A model generated the notes under the pieces. The model was not told the origin of the DNA. It saw nothing but the letters and a program-made list of their open reading frames with translations, and made no database searches. 64,000 nucleotides of DNA, from assembly GCA_964619315.1 (NCBI GenBank), contig CAZUEH010000004.1, positions 24,285 through 88,284 on the forward strand, in the 5' to 3' direction. The DNA comes from an uncultured Oscillospiraceae bacterium. Lineage in GTDB: Bacteria; Bacillota; Clostridia; Peptostreptococcales; Anaerovoracaceae. Shown here piece after piece: positions 50,177 through 59,392 of the stretch; position 1 is the first letter of the stretch, and every line of letters starts with the position of its first letter. A program made the position numbers and the translations under genes.

Positions 50177-51157
50177 ATGAAAAGAGTTTTTTCAGGAGTA
50201 CAACCTACAGGCAATATTCATTTAGGTAACTACCTGGGAGCCCTCAGACAATTTGTCGAGCTTCAGGAAGACCACCAGTGCGTTTATTGCATAGTCGACA
50301 TGCATGCGATTACGCTTCCTCAGGATCCTAAAATTTTGAGAGAACACATATTAGATGTAGCTGCCTTGTATTTGGCAGTAGGCATCGACCTTAAAAAATC
50401 AATAGTATTTGTTCAGTCAGATGTACCGGGACATGCGGAACTTTCGTGGGTACTAACTTGTAACGCTTACACTGGGGAACTTTCAAGAATGACCCAATTC
50501 AAAGACAAGAGTAAAAACAAAGAGTCAGCACCTGCAGGCCTATTCACTTATCCTGTTCTAATGGCGGCGGACATTCTTTTGTATGACACTGACATCGTTC
50601 CTGTAGGAAACGACCAGAAGCAACACATTGAACTCTGTAGAGACCTTGCTATAAGAGTAAACGGCAAAAACCCAGACACTTTCGTAGTGCCTGACGGCCG
50701 CTTCCTCAAAGCCGGTGCAAGAATAATGGCTTTAGATGATCCAACCAAGAAGATGAGCAAAAGCGCAGAAAACATTCACTCTCGCATATCCCTTCTTGAT
50801 GAACCATCAAAAATCAAAAAGTCCATCATGAAAGCAACAACCGATTCAGAAGGAATCGTTCGCTTTGATACAGAAAACAAACCGGGAATAAGCAACCTTC
50901 TCAATATATACAGCGTACTATCTGGAGAGGCCATCGAGGACCTGGAAAAGAAGTACGAAGGCAAAGGCTACGGAGACTTCAAGAAAGACTTAGTTGAAGT
51001 AACAGTAGAGGCCCTTGCACCTATCCGTGCAAAGTATGAAGAAATCCGCAACTCCCAAGAACTTTTAGATGTTCTAAAAGATGGAGCCCAAAAGGCCGAT
51101 GCAATTGCTCAAAAGACAATGAAGAGAGTAAAAGACAGCTTCGGACTAGGGGTGTAG
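50177..51157 (+). CDS. trpS: tryptophan--tRNA ligase
   Basis: The HIGH-type motif is QPTGNIHLGNYLGA and the KMSKS motif is present. I set the start at the ATG at 50177. The ORF track starts at a TTG at 50174. Confidence 0.9.
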   Translation: MKRVFSGVQPTGNIHLGNYLGALRQFVELQEDHQCVYCIVDMHAITLPQDPKILREHILDVAALYLAVGIDLKKSIVFVQSDVPGHAELSWVLTCNAYTGELSRMTQFKDKSKNKESAPAGLFTYPVLMAADILLYDTDIVPVGNDQKQHIELCRDLAIRVNGKNPDTFVVPDGRFLKAGARIMALDDPTKKMSKSAENIHSRISLLDEPSKIKKSIMKATTDSEGIVRFDTENKPGISNLLNIYSVLSGEAIEDLEKKYEGKGYGDFKKDLVEVTVEALAPIRAKYEEIRNSQELLDVLKDGAQKADAIAQKTMKRVKDSFGLGV

Positions 51158-51181
51158 GGAGCAGCACGAATTAAACCAACC

Positions 51182-51210
51182 AAAAAGCAGGCAACATTGC
51201 CTGCTTTTTT
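51182..51210. terminator. bidirectional intrinsic terminator between trpS and metH
   Basis: AAAAA-GCAGGCA-ACAT-TGCCTGC-TTTTTT. Confidence 0.75.
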
Positions 51211-51218
51211 AATACATT

Positions 51219-53627
51219 TTATATTTTTAGCCAGTCTGAATAGCGAACCGTGTCCATTGCATCCTTTGCATATTTGTCAGCACCAATGCGGTCTGAATAC
51301 TCTTTATTGAGAACTGCGCCGCCTACGATGACTTTGCACCATGGGGCGGAAGTTTTTAGGAGCTGGATGGTTTTTTCCATTGCAGGAACGGTGGTAGTCA
51401 TAAGGGCGCTAAGGCCGACTATTGGAGCGTGAGTTTCTACTACTGTTTGGACAATTGTTTCAGGGGAAACGTCTTTGCCCAAGTCTATTACCTTGAAGCC
51501 ATAGTTTTCCAAAAGGAGTTTTACTATGTTCTTCCCTATGTCATGAATATCGCCTTCTACAGTAGCGATAACCACTGTGCACTTGCTTTTGAAATCAGCA
51601 GAGCGAGGCACAAAGATTTTGATTTGCTCGAAAGAGGCCTTTGCCGCTTCCGCGCTCATGAGAAGCTGAGGCAAGAAAAAACGCTTTTCGTCGTACCCAT
51701 TGCCTACGATGTCGAGAGCAGGGATTATTTCATTTTGAATTACATCAAGAGCTTCTCTACTGGATATAAGTTCTTTTGTGCATTGGACAGCGGCGTCTCT
51801 CATCCCTTTTATAATGGCTTTCTGCAAAGGAGAAGCATATTCTCCTTGAGGGCTACCAGCTGCTATCGATACTGCAGAAGGTGCTGCAGCGGCAGCTTGA
51901 GGAATATTCTCACTAAACGCTATGTACTCACTACAATTTTCGTCCATGTCATGTAAAGCCTTGTAAGAATAGTAGACTTTGAGCATGTCCTGGGAGTATG
52001 GGTTCATTATGGCCGCCGAGAGGCCCTTTTCTAAGGCGCACGCGAAGAAAGTGCTGTTAATTGCATCTCTGCCCGGCAAACCAAAAGAAACGTTAGAAAC
52101 ACCAAGAGAGGTGTGACAGCCCATTTCATTTTTGATGATGTCGAGAGCCTTTAGCGTTTCTTTCGCAGCAAGTGAATCAGCGCTGACAGTCATAGCCAAT
52201 GTATCAAAGATAATGTCCTTTTTATCAATTCCGTATTCGGCAGCTTTCGCTAATATTTTGCGCGCAATGGCAACCCTGCCCTCTGCAGTAGCAGGAATGC
52301 CGTCCTCATCCAAGGTAAGAGCAACTACTAAGCCACCATATTTTTTAACAAGTGGAAAGACTTCGTTCATAGAAGATTCTTTGCCGTTGATTGAGTTGAT
52401 CATTGCTTTGCCGTTGTAACGACGCAAAGCCGCTTCCATAGCCTTAACGTCTGCAGTGTCGATTTGAAGAGGCAAGTTGATGATGGACTGAAGTTCATAC
52501 ACGGCTTTTTCTAGCATCCACACCTCGTCAATTTCAGGAAGTCCAACGTTGACATCAAGAATATGTACATTAAGATCTTGCTGGCTTATTCCCTCTTGCA
52601 AAATATAGTCTATATCTTTTTCCTGTAGAGCCTGCTTGAAACGCTTCTTTCCTGTAGGGTTGATTCGCTCCCCAATGAGTATAGGAGATTTGTCGAATTC
52701 CACTATATGAGTGTAAGAAGACACGCAAGTTATATTTTTTGGAGTTACAGGAACTGGGGGAATTGAAGAAGTTCCCTCCACTATAGTTTTAATGTATGAA
52801 GGGTCTGTACCGCAGCACCCGCCGATTAAGCGAACCCCTTGACCGACAGCATCAGCAAGATCTGAGGCAAATTCGCCAGGAAGAGTACTGTAAACTGCTT
52901 TTCCGTCAACCTCTGCAGGAAGTCCTGCATTAGGCTTGAGGAGTACAGGTATTGAAGAATATTGAAGAAGTTCCTCTATTACTCCTGTAAGTTGCTTTGG
53001 TTCAAGGGAACAATTTGCTCCAAGAGCATCAGCGCCCATACCTTCGATAAGTGCAACCATGGCAGCAGGAGAAGCACCGGTCATTAGCTTTCCGTCTTCA
53101 CCGTAAGCGTTGGAAACGAATACAGGCAAATCGCTGTTTTCCTTAGCGGCTAACAATGCAGCCTTAGTTTCGTAGCTGTCGCTCATGGTTTCTATAAATA
53201 TTAAATCCACACCTTTGTCAGCACCCGCCCTAACTATTTGGGCAAAAAGCTCAACTGCATCCTCAAAATCATAATCTCCATATGGTTTAAGAAGACGGCC
53301 ACAAGGACCGATGTCAAGGGCTATGAACTTTTGCTGTGGAGCTGTGGAAGTTTCTTTTGCTCTTTTAGCATTTTCGATAGAGGCGGCAACTATTTGATTT
53401 AGCTCGTCCAAAGAAAACTTTAGAGAGTTAGCCCCAAAAGTATTGGTGTTTACCACATTGCTTCCCGCATCAAAATAGTCTCTATGGATTTTTTCTACTT
53501 CAGCAGGATGGGTAATATTCCACATTTCTGGATGCTCACCGGGAGCAAGGCCAGCCTCTTGAAGCAAAGTCCCCATTCCACCATCAAGGTAGACTAGGTT
53601 ATCTTTCATATATTCTAAAATGTTCAT
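51219..53627 (-). CDS. metH: methionine synthase core (homocysteine S-methyltransferase, pterin-binding and B12-binding domains) without a fused reactivation domain
   Basis: The 802 aa ORF has an Hcy-binding N-terminus (GGMGT, GGCCGT). The cobalamin motif GDIHDIGKNIV is of the DxHxxG type. The ORF ends after the B12 domain. Confidence 0.85.
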   Translation of the reverse strand: MNILEYMKDNLVYLDGGMGTLLQEAGLAPGEHPEMWNITHPAEVEKIHRDYFDAGSNVVNTNTFGANSLKFSLDELNQIVAASIENAKRAKETSTAPQQKFIALDIGPCGRLLKPYGDYDFEDAVELFAQIVRAGADKGVDLIFIETMSDSYETKAALLAAKENSDLPVFVSNAYGEDGKLMTGASPAAMVALIEGMGADALGANCSLEPKQLTGVIEELLQYSSIPVLLKPNAGLPAEVDGKAVYSTLPGEFASDLADAVGQGVRLIGGCCGTDPSYIKTIVEGTSSIPPVPVTPKNITCVSSYTHIVEFDKSPILIGERINPTGKKRFKQALQEKDIDYILQEGISQQDLNVHILDVNVGLPEIDEVWMLEKAVYELQSIINLPLQIDTADVKAMEAALRRYNGKAMINSINGKESSMNEVFPLVKKYGGLVVALTLDEDGIPATAEGRVAIARKILAKAAEYGIDKKDIIFDTLAMTVSADSLAAKETLKALDIIKNEMGCHTSLGVSNVSFGLPGRDAINSTFFACALEKGLSAAIMNPYSQDMLKVYYSYKALHDMDENCSEYIAFSENIPQAAAAAPSAVSIAAGSPQGEYASPLQKAIIKGMRDAAVQCTKELISSREALDVIQNEIIPALDIVGNGYDEKRFFLPQLLMSAEAAKASFEQIKIFVPRSADFKSKCTVVIATVEGDIHDIGKNIVKLLLENYGFKVIDLGKDVSPETIVQTVVETHAPIVGLSALMTTTVPAMEKTIQLLKTSAPWCKVIVGGAVLNKEYSDRIGADKYAKDAMDTVRYSDWLKI

Positions 53628-53629
53628 GT

Positions 53630-54301
53630 TTATTCCTCCCTAAAACTACAGTCGAATTTTTCGCATTGGGCACAGGTGCCTGAATGACAATCCTTTTTTA
53701 TACTGGAAATGCCAATTAAGGCAGAAACTGATTTAGATGGTGACATTAAAAGACTTTCATTTAAGGAAAGCCCTATCTTTCTATTGCAGTCTAATACATC
53801 AAAGATGCTCTTTTGGCTTTCCAAAGAAAAATCCCCATAACCTGGGCTAAAACGAGGCCTAGTGAAAAGCCCCTCTGCCAAACAGTCCTTGGTAATTTCA
53901 TCGTTAAAAGCATTACAAAGACTTTCGATTCGCTCAGCACCTATTGCCTGAAAGCAAAGAGCCTTTGATGGCGAAGTTCGGCCATACCTTGCTATAAGCC
54001 TATCGGGTTCAAGACCGATAGTGGCAGCAAACAACACTATCTTCTTACAGTCAGATAGGTTTTTAATTAAATCTTTGCTATTTGTGGTCATAAAAGAAAG
54101 ATCGGCAATATCCGTTGACACTTCAATGTCAAAAGAGCGGTAGCAAACTTTGTAAGTGAGCTTTGGTGCAAGTTCATCAATACAGTCTTCTACCAGAGCA
54201 AGAACCTCCGCAGACGATTCCTTGCAACCCATGTAGCGTAAGATTTCTTTTTTATTTAATTGGGGCGTGTCATATTTTTTGACAAGAAGGGTGTTTATCA
54301 T
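53630..54301 (-). CDS. stand-alone methionine synthase activation (AdoMet-binding/reactivation) domain protein with a Cys-rich C-terminal tail
   Basis: The 223 aa ORF lies between metF and metH and has the motif RFSPGYGDF typical of the Met_synt_B12 domain. The C-terminus is DCHSGTCAQCEKFDCSFREE. Confidence 0.7.
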   Translation of the reverse strand: MINTLLVKKYDTPQLNKKEILRYMGCKESSAEVLALVEDCIDELAPKLTYKVCYRSFDIEVSTDIADLSFMTTNSKDLIKNLSDCKKIVLFAATIGLEPDRLIARYGRTSPSKALCFQAIGAERIESLCNAFNDEITKDCLAEGLFTRPRFSPGYGDFSLESQKSIFDVLDCNRKIGLSLNESLLMSPSKSVSALIGISSIKKDCHSGTCAQCEKFDCSFREE

Positions 54302-55179
54302 AATTTCCCCAAAATGTTTGATAGATTACTTTGTATTTTCTGTGCAACATCTGGTTTATTCATAGAATAAACATGGACATTGGTTATGTTATTAGCAAAA
54401 AGGTCGATTATTTGGTCTGTTGCATATGCGATACCTGCTTGCTTCATTGCTTCTGGGTCTGAACCAAACTTGTCCACCAAACTCTTAAAACGTTGTGGTA
54501 CATGAGAACCAGAAAGGCTAACTGCTCTTTCCACCTGCTTAGCATTGGTGATAGGCATAATTCCTGCAACAACAGGGACGGTAACGCCTGCTTCTCTAAG
54601 TTTGTACATATAGTTGTATAGCAAGTTGTTATCAAAGAACATTTGAGTGGTTAGAAATTCGCAGCCAGCATCGACTTTTTCTTTTACAAACTGGATGTCT
54701 TCCTTTTGGCTGGAGCTTTCCGGGTGGATTTCAGGATAGCATGCTCCTCCTATGCAGAAGTCAGCACCAGACTCTTTTAGTTCTCTAATAAGGTCGATTG
54801 CGTTGTGATAATGCCAGCTGCTTTTGTCGGACAAATCCATGTCCTGTGGCAAGTCCCCTCTAAGGGCCATTATATTTTCAAGGCCAGCCTCTTTAATTTC
54901 ACGGATTTTTTCGCGAACGGTATCCTTGGTAGAGGAAACGCAAGTAAGATGAGCCAGAGTAGGCACATCATAGAGGTCCTTAATGTTTTTTGCAATATCA
55001 AGGGTATATTTACTTGTGCCGCCGCCAGCACCATAAGTTACACTCATAAAGGTAGGCTTTAGCTTAGCGATTTCATCTGTAGCGGCTTTTACACTATCAA
55101 ATGAAGAGTCAACCTTTGGCGGAAAGACTTCAAAAGATAGGGACAAAGTTTCTTGTTTTAGTTGGTTAATCAATTTCAT
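54298..55179 (-). CDS. metF: methylenetetrahydrofolate reductase
   Basis: The 293 aa ORF begins SFEVFPPK and also has TYGAGGGT and the ALRGD motif. It overlaps the next gene by 4 nt. Confidence 0.85.
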   Translation of the reverse strand: MKLINQLKQETLSLSFEVFPPKVDSSFDSVKAATDEIAKLKPTFMSVTYGAGGGTSKYTLDIAKNIKDLYDVPTLAHLTCVSSTKDTVREKIREIKEAGLENIMALRGDLPQDMDLSDKSSWHYHNAIDLIRELKESGADFCIGGACYPEIHPESSSQKEDIQFVKEKVDAGCEFLTTQMFFDNNLLYNYMYKLREAGVTVPVVAGIMPITNAKQVERAVSLSGSHVPQRFKSLVDKFGSDPEAMKQAGIAYATDQIIDLFANNITNVHVYSMNKPDVAQKIQSNLSNILGKL

Positions 55180-55215
55180 TATATTTTCACTCTTTTCTTA
55201 TAATTATACCTAACC

Positions 55216-55245
55216 ATTATACACTGATAAAGCGTGTTAAATCAA
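55216..55245 (-). promoter_or_regulatory. sigma-70 promoter of the metF/activation-protein/metH operon
   Basis: On the minus strand: TTGATT, an 18 nt spacer, then an extended -10 TGTATAAT. The 5' UTR is only about 35 nt, with no room for a riboswitch. Confidence 0.45.
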
Positions 55246-55277
55246 GAGTTAGCTTAGCTCTAGCATTGTGTTTAGAG

Positions 55278-55310
55278 AATAAAAAACGGAAGCTCTTTTG
55301 AACTTCCGTT
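55278..55310 (-). terminator. intrinsic terminator after the larC1-like gene
   Basis: The minus strand reads AACGGAAG-N10-CTTCCGTT followed by TTTTTTAT. Confidence 0.65.
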
Positions 55311-55357
55311 GTCAGCACTATTTCTTGTTAATTTGCAGAAACTGGTATCCTCAGGAT

Positions 55358-56128
55358 TTAGCCCATTTCGCCATAGTAAACTTTTAAATGATTAGAATGT
55401 CCGATGTCTTTGAACCCTGCTCCGAAGCCAATCTTTTCTAGTTTCATTTCAGGCATCATGTCATATTCTTCTGCTAAAGTAGATATGATTGCAGCTCCAG
55501 TTGGAGTTACTAACTCTGTAGGAACATCGATTTGCTTAAACTTAACATTTTCGTTTGTAAAGATTGCCGAGGTTGCAGGCACTGGCACACTTAGCTTTCC
55601 ATGAGCGCAAGTGATAAATCCGTGCCCTTCGTTTACTGTGCTAGAAATAATTTTATCAGGGTTTAATTTATTGACTAAAATGGCAGTACCGACGATGTCG
55701 ATAATAGAGTCAATAGCCCCTACTTCATGAAAATGAACCTGTTCCAAGGTCTTATTATGAACTTTGCTTTCTGCGGCAGCCACTTTTAAGAATATTTTCT
55801 TTGCGAGAGCCTTTGTGTTTTCATCTAAACTGCTATTGTCAATAAGTTCGTTAACGTCATAAAGATTTCTATGTTCATGATGATGGTGGTGTCCGCCGTG
55901 CAGATGAGGAGCATGACCATATTCGTCTTTTACATCAATTAAGACATCGACATAAGTCCCGCTTATTCCATAGGAGTCCTTTTTATATATTTCTATCTCA
56001 TAACCATCAACATTCAATTTCTTGACTTCGTCTAAAAAATACTTTTCATCATCAACCAATTCCAATAGCGCACCTAACGTCATGTTGCCACATATTCCGC
56101 TAGAGCAATCAAAATATAATAATCTCAC
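55358..56128 (-). CDS. larC: LarC-family (DUF111) nickel insertion protein, N-terminal LarC1 part only, with a His-rich tract
   Basis: The 256 aa ORF begins MRLLYFDCSSGICGNMTLGALLEL. The His tract is HLHGGHHHHHEH and the motif VHFHEVGAIDSIIDIVG is present. The ORF stops where LarC2 would begin and is followed by a terminator. Confidence 0.65.
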   Translation of the reverse strand: MRLLYFDCSSGICGNMTLGALLELVDDEKYFLDEVKKLNVDGYEIEIYKKDSYGISGTYVDVLIDVKDEYGHAPHLHGGHHHHHEHRNLYDVNELIDNSSLDENTKALAKKIFLKVAAAESKVHNKTLEQVHFHEVGAIDSIIDIVGTAILVNKLNPDKIISSTVNEGHGFITCAHGKLSVPVPATSAIFTNENVKFKQIDVPTELVTPTGAAIISTLAEEYDMMPEMKLEKIGFGAGFKDIGHSNHLKVYYGEMG

Positions 56129-56264
56129 AGCTGTTTCCTCCTAGAGTTGTAATAAAATTAAAACGACTACTTTTATTATATTTTATATTATATAAAATGC
56201 AACAGGCAATTATTCTTTTGAGAAGTTTTACCGGGAGAGGATAAAGGACTGACATAGATCCATT

Positions 56265-56300
56265 AAAAAAGCACTTCGATTATTGCCCGAAGTGCTTTTG
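56265..56300. terminator. bidirectional-type intrinsic terminator after the isocitrate dehydrogenase gene
   Basis: AAAAAA-GCACTTCG-ATTATTGCC-CGAAGTGC-TTTTG. Confidence 0.7.
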
Positions 56301-56305
56301 TGATT

Positions 56306-57460
56306 TTACAGCTTGCTTATTACGTAGTCGGCAAAATCTTTGCAAGTGTCGCCGTCAGCGAGGCCAGTTACAACGACTTTCTTTTCTGTATCGCAGCAAA
56401 GGTGAAGTGCGTCAGCCAAAGAAGACGCTTTGTCTACAAGACCGATGTGACGAAGAAGCATTTCTGCTGCCTTGAAGATGCTTGACGGGTTAGCATAATC
56501 TGCAAGGCCGTCTTCTATCATTCTTGGCGCAGAGCCGTGGATGGCTTCGAACATTGCATAGTGGTCGCCGATGTTGGCGCTTCCTGCCGTACCTACACCG
56601 CCTTGAATTTCGGCAGCTTCATCAGTGATGATGTCGCCGTATAAGTTAGGCAGTACGAAAACTTGGAACTGATTTCTAATAGACTTGTTAACCAAGTTAG
56701 CAGTCATAATGTCTATGTACCAGTCTTCAGCTTTAATATCAGGATATTCCTGTGCAACCTCGTTGCAAATTTTGGAAAATTTGCCGTCGGTTTTCTTCAT
56801 TATATTAGCCTTAGTAACGATTGATACGCTAGTTTTGCCATTGTTCTTGGCGTATTCAAAAGCTGCTCTAGCAATTCTTTGAGTCCCGCAGTCAGTAGTA
56901 ACCTTGAAGTCCATAGCCAATAGCTCTGGAACTTCAATGCCTTGACTTCCAAGAGTGTATTCGCCCTCAGTGTTTTCACGGTAGAACATCCAGTCGATTC
57001 CCTCTTCAGGTACAGAAACGGGACGAACGTTTGCGTACAAATCAAGTTCTCTACGAAGTGTTACATTAGCACTTTCCAAAGTGCCGCCCTTTGGAGTGGT
57101 AGTCGGGCCTTTTAGAATTACATCACAAGACTTAATTGCATCTAAAACGTCAGCAGGAACGGCTGTCGATTGAGCCATTCTGTTTTCTAGAGTAAGACCT
57201 TCAATGTCCTTGAAGACGATTTTTTTAGAAGCGAGCTCGTCTTTTAGTAATGTTTCCAAAAGCCTTTTAGCTTCTTTCATTATGATAGGGCCGATACCAT
57301 CGCCTCCACATAGGCCGATAGTTATAGTATCCAAAGCTAAGAAATCTTTAGGAGGCAAGGCCTCTTTCATTCTTTCCGCTCTGGCGATCTGTTCCTTTAA
57401 TAGTTTTTCGAACTGAGCTGTAGCTGTGTTGATATATTTTTCCAATTTGCGAACCTCCAA
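56306..57460 (-). CDS. icd: isocitrate/isopropylmalate dehydrogenase family enzyme, most likely isocitrate dehydrogenase
   Basis: The 384 aa ORF has the motifs GGDGIGPII, LRRELDLYANVRP and NLYGDIITDEAA. It sits in an operon with aconitase and a Re-citrate-synthase-like gene. Confidence 0.7.
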   Translation of the reverse strand: MEVRKLEKYINTATAQFEKLLKEQIARAERMKEALPPKDFLALDTITIGLCGGDGIGPIIMKEAKRLLETLLKDELASKKIVFKDIEGLTLENRMAQSTAVPADVLDAIKSCDVILKGPTTTPKGGTLESANVTLRRELDLYANVRPVSVPEEGIDWMFYRENTEGEYTLGSQGIEVPELLAMDFKVTTDCGTQRIARAAFEYAKNNGKTSVSIVTKANIMKKTDGKFSKICNEVAQEYPDIKAEDWYIDIMTANLVNKSIRNQFQVFVLPNLYGDIITDEAAEIQGGVGTAGSANIGDHYAMFEAIHGSAPRMIEDGLADYANPSSIFKAAEMLLRHIGLVDKASSLADALHLCCDTEKKVVVTGLADGDTCKDFADYVISKL

Positions 57461-59392
57461 TTACATATTTCCTTGACCGACATATTTGAGCAAGCCACCA
57501 GCTTTTAAAATTGCCTTTTGTCTGTCAGTGAAACTGCAAACAAGAGTGATTTCTTTGCCTGTCTTATTATCTGTCAGCATAATTTTGCCACTGTCCATAC
57601 CTGCGTAGATGTCAGAAAGCTTCAAAGCATCGTCTTGTGAAAGCTGATCGTAATCATCAGGATTTTCAAAAGTCAAAGGCAAGATTCCAGCGTTAATCAA
57701 GTTTGCTGCATGAATTCTTGCAAAGCTCTTCGCAATTACCACCCTTACACCAAGGTAAAGAGGAACGAGAGCCGCATGTTCTCTTGATGAACCTTGACCA
57801 TAGTTGTTACCGCCGATTATGATACTTTCGCCTGCTGCCTTAGCTCTTTCAGGGAAAGCCTCATCGCACACTGCAAAGCAGTACTGTGACAGATGCGGAA
57901 TATTTGAACGATACGGAAGTATCTTTGCGCCTGCTGGCATAATGTGGTCTGTAGTAATGTTGTCGCCAACCTTAAGCACAAGGGGTGCTTCAAGGGAATC
58001 TTCAAGAGGCTTGCTTTCAGGGAAAGGCTTAATGTTAGGGCCTCTAAGGATAGGGAGATCCGCTGCTTCCTCTGGTGAAGCAGGAGGAATAACTGCACTA
58101 TCATCAATTTTGAATGATGTAGGAACAACAACTTCAGGCATTTTGTCAAGAAGCATTGGGTCAGTGATTTCTCCAGTCAAAGCTGCCGCTACAGCAGTTT
58201 CAGGAGAAACTAGATAAACCTGACCATCAGCAGTACCTGAACGGCCTTCGAAGTTTCTGTTAAAAGTTCTTAGGGAAACGCCGCCAGAATTAGGTGAGAA
58301 ACCCATGCCGATACAAGGGCCACAAGCACATTCTAAAACTCTTGCGCCGCTGGCAAGGATGTCGGAAAGTGCACCGCAGTCTGCAAGCATTGACAATACT
58401 TGTTTTGAACCTGGTGATATTGAAAGGCTAACTTCAGGGCGAATGGTCTTGCCTTTTAGAAGTGCCGCAACTTTTAGCATATCAAACAAAGATGAGTTTG
58501 TGCATGAACCAATACAAACCTGATCCACTTTTGTACCTTTGAGACTTTCAACGGTAACAACATTGTCAGGGCTGTGGGGACAAGCAATCATTGGCTTAAG
58601 TGTGTCAAGGTCGATGTCTATAACTTTGTCATAAACAGCATCAGGGTCACTTGATAGAGGAACATAATCCGCTACTCTGCCCTCTGCTTCCAAGAAAGCC
58701 TTTGTGATTTCGTCTGATGGGAAGATTGAGGTGGTTGCACCAAGCTCAGTTCCCATGTTGGTGATGGTGGCTCTTTCGGGAACGGAAAGGGTCTTAATGC
58801 CTTCGCCTCCCCATTCTACGACTGCACCAACGCCGCCTTTAACTGATAAAATTCTTAGTATTTCAAGACTTACGTCTTTTGCTGTAACGCATTCTCTTAA
58901 TTTTCCTGTAAGATTGACCTTGTACATCTTTGGCATTGTGATATAGTAAGCACCGCCACCCATTGCAACTGCAACATCAAGGCCGCCAGCACCCATTGCC
59001 AACATTCCGATACCGCCGCCAGTAGGGGTATGGCTATCAGAGCCGATTAAAGTTTTGCCTGGTTTGCCAAATCTTTCAAGGTGAACCTGATGGCAAATTC
59101 CATTGCCGGGTCTTGAAAAGTACAAGCCATATTTTTTGGCCATAGACTGAATAAAACGATGGTCGTCTGCATTTTCAAAACCTGATTGTAGAGTGTTATG
59201 GTCGATATAAGCTACTGAAAGATCAGTGCGTACACGAGGAACTCCCATTGTTTCAAATTCCAGATAGGCCATAGTGCCTGTTGCATCTTGAGTTAAGGTT
59301 TGGTCTATTCTTAAGGCCACCTCTTTGCCAGGGGTCATTTCACCGCTAACAAGATGGTCTTTTATTATCTTTTGTGCTATCGTAAGTCCCAT
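57461..59392 (-). CDS. aconitate hydratase (monomeric, about 640 aa clostridial type)
   Basis: The 643 aa ORF has Fe-S ligand regions IGSDSHT, IGSCTNS and CGPCIG, plus a swivel domain at the C-terminus. Confidence 0.85.
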   Translation of the reverse strand: MGLTIAQKIIKDHLVSGEMTPGKEVALRIDQTLTQDATGTMAYLEFETMGVPRVRTDLSVAYIDHNTLQSGFENADDHRFIQSMAKKYGLYFSRPGNGICHQVHLERFGKPGKTLIGSDSHTPTGGGIGMLAMGAGGLDVAVAMGGGAYYITMPKMYKVNLTGKLRECVTAKDVSLEILRILSVKGGVGAVVEWGGEGIKTLSVPERATITNMGTELGATTSIFPSDEITKAFLEAEGRVADYVPLSSDPDAVYDKVIDIDLDTLKPMIACPHSPDNVVTVESLKGTKVDQVCIGSCTNSSLFDMLKVAALLKGKTIRPEVSLSISPGSKQVLSMLADCGALSDILASGARVLECACGPCIGMGFSPNSGGVSLRTFNRNFEGRSGTADGQVYLVSPETAVAAALTGEITDPMLLDKMPEVVVPTSFKIDDSAVIPPASPEEAADLPILRGPNIKPFPESKPLEDSLEAPLVLKVGDNITTDHIMPAGAKILPYRSNIPHLSQYCFAVCDEAFPERAKAAGESIIIGGNNYGQGSSREHAALVPLYLGVRVVIAKSFARIHAANLINAGILPLTFENPDDYDQLSQDDALKLSDIYAGMDSGKIMLTDNKTGKEITLVCSFTDRQKAILKAGGLLKYVGQGNM

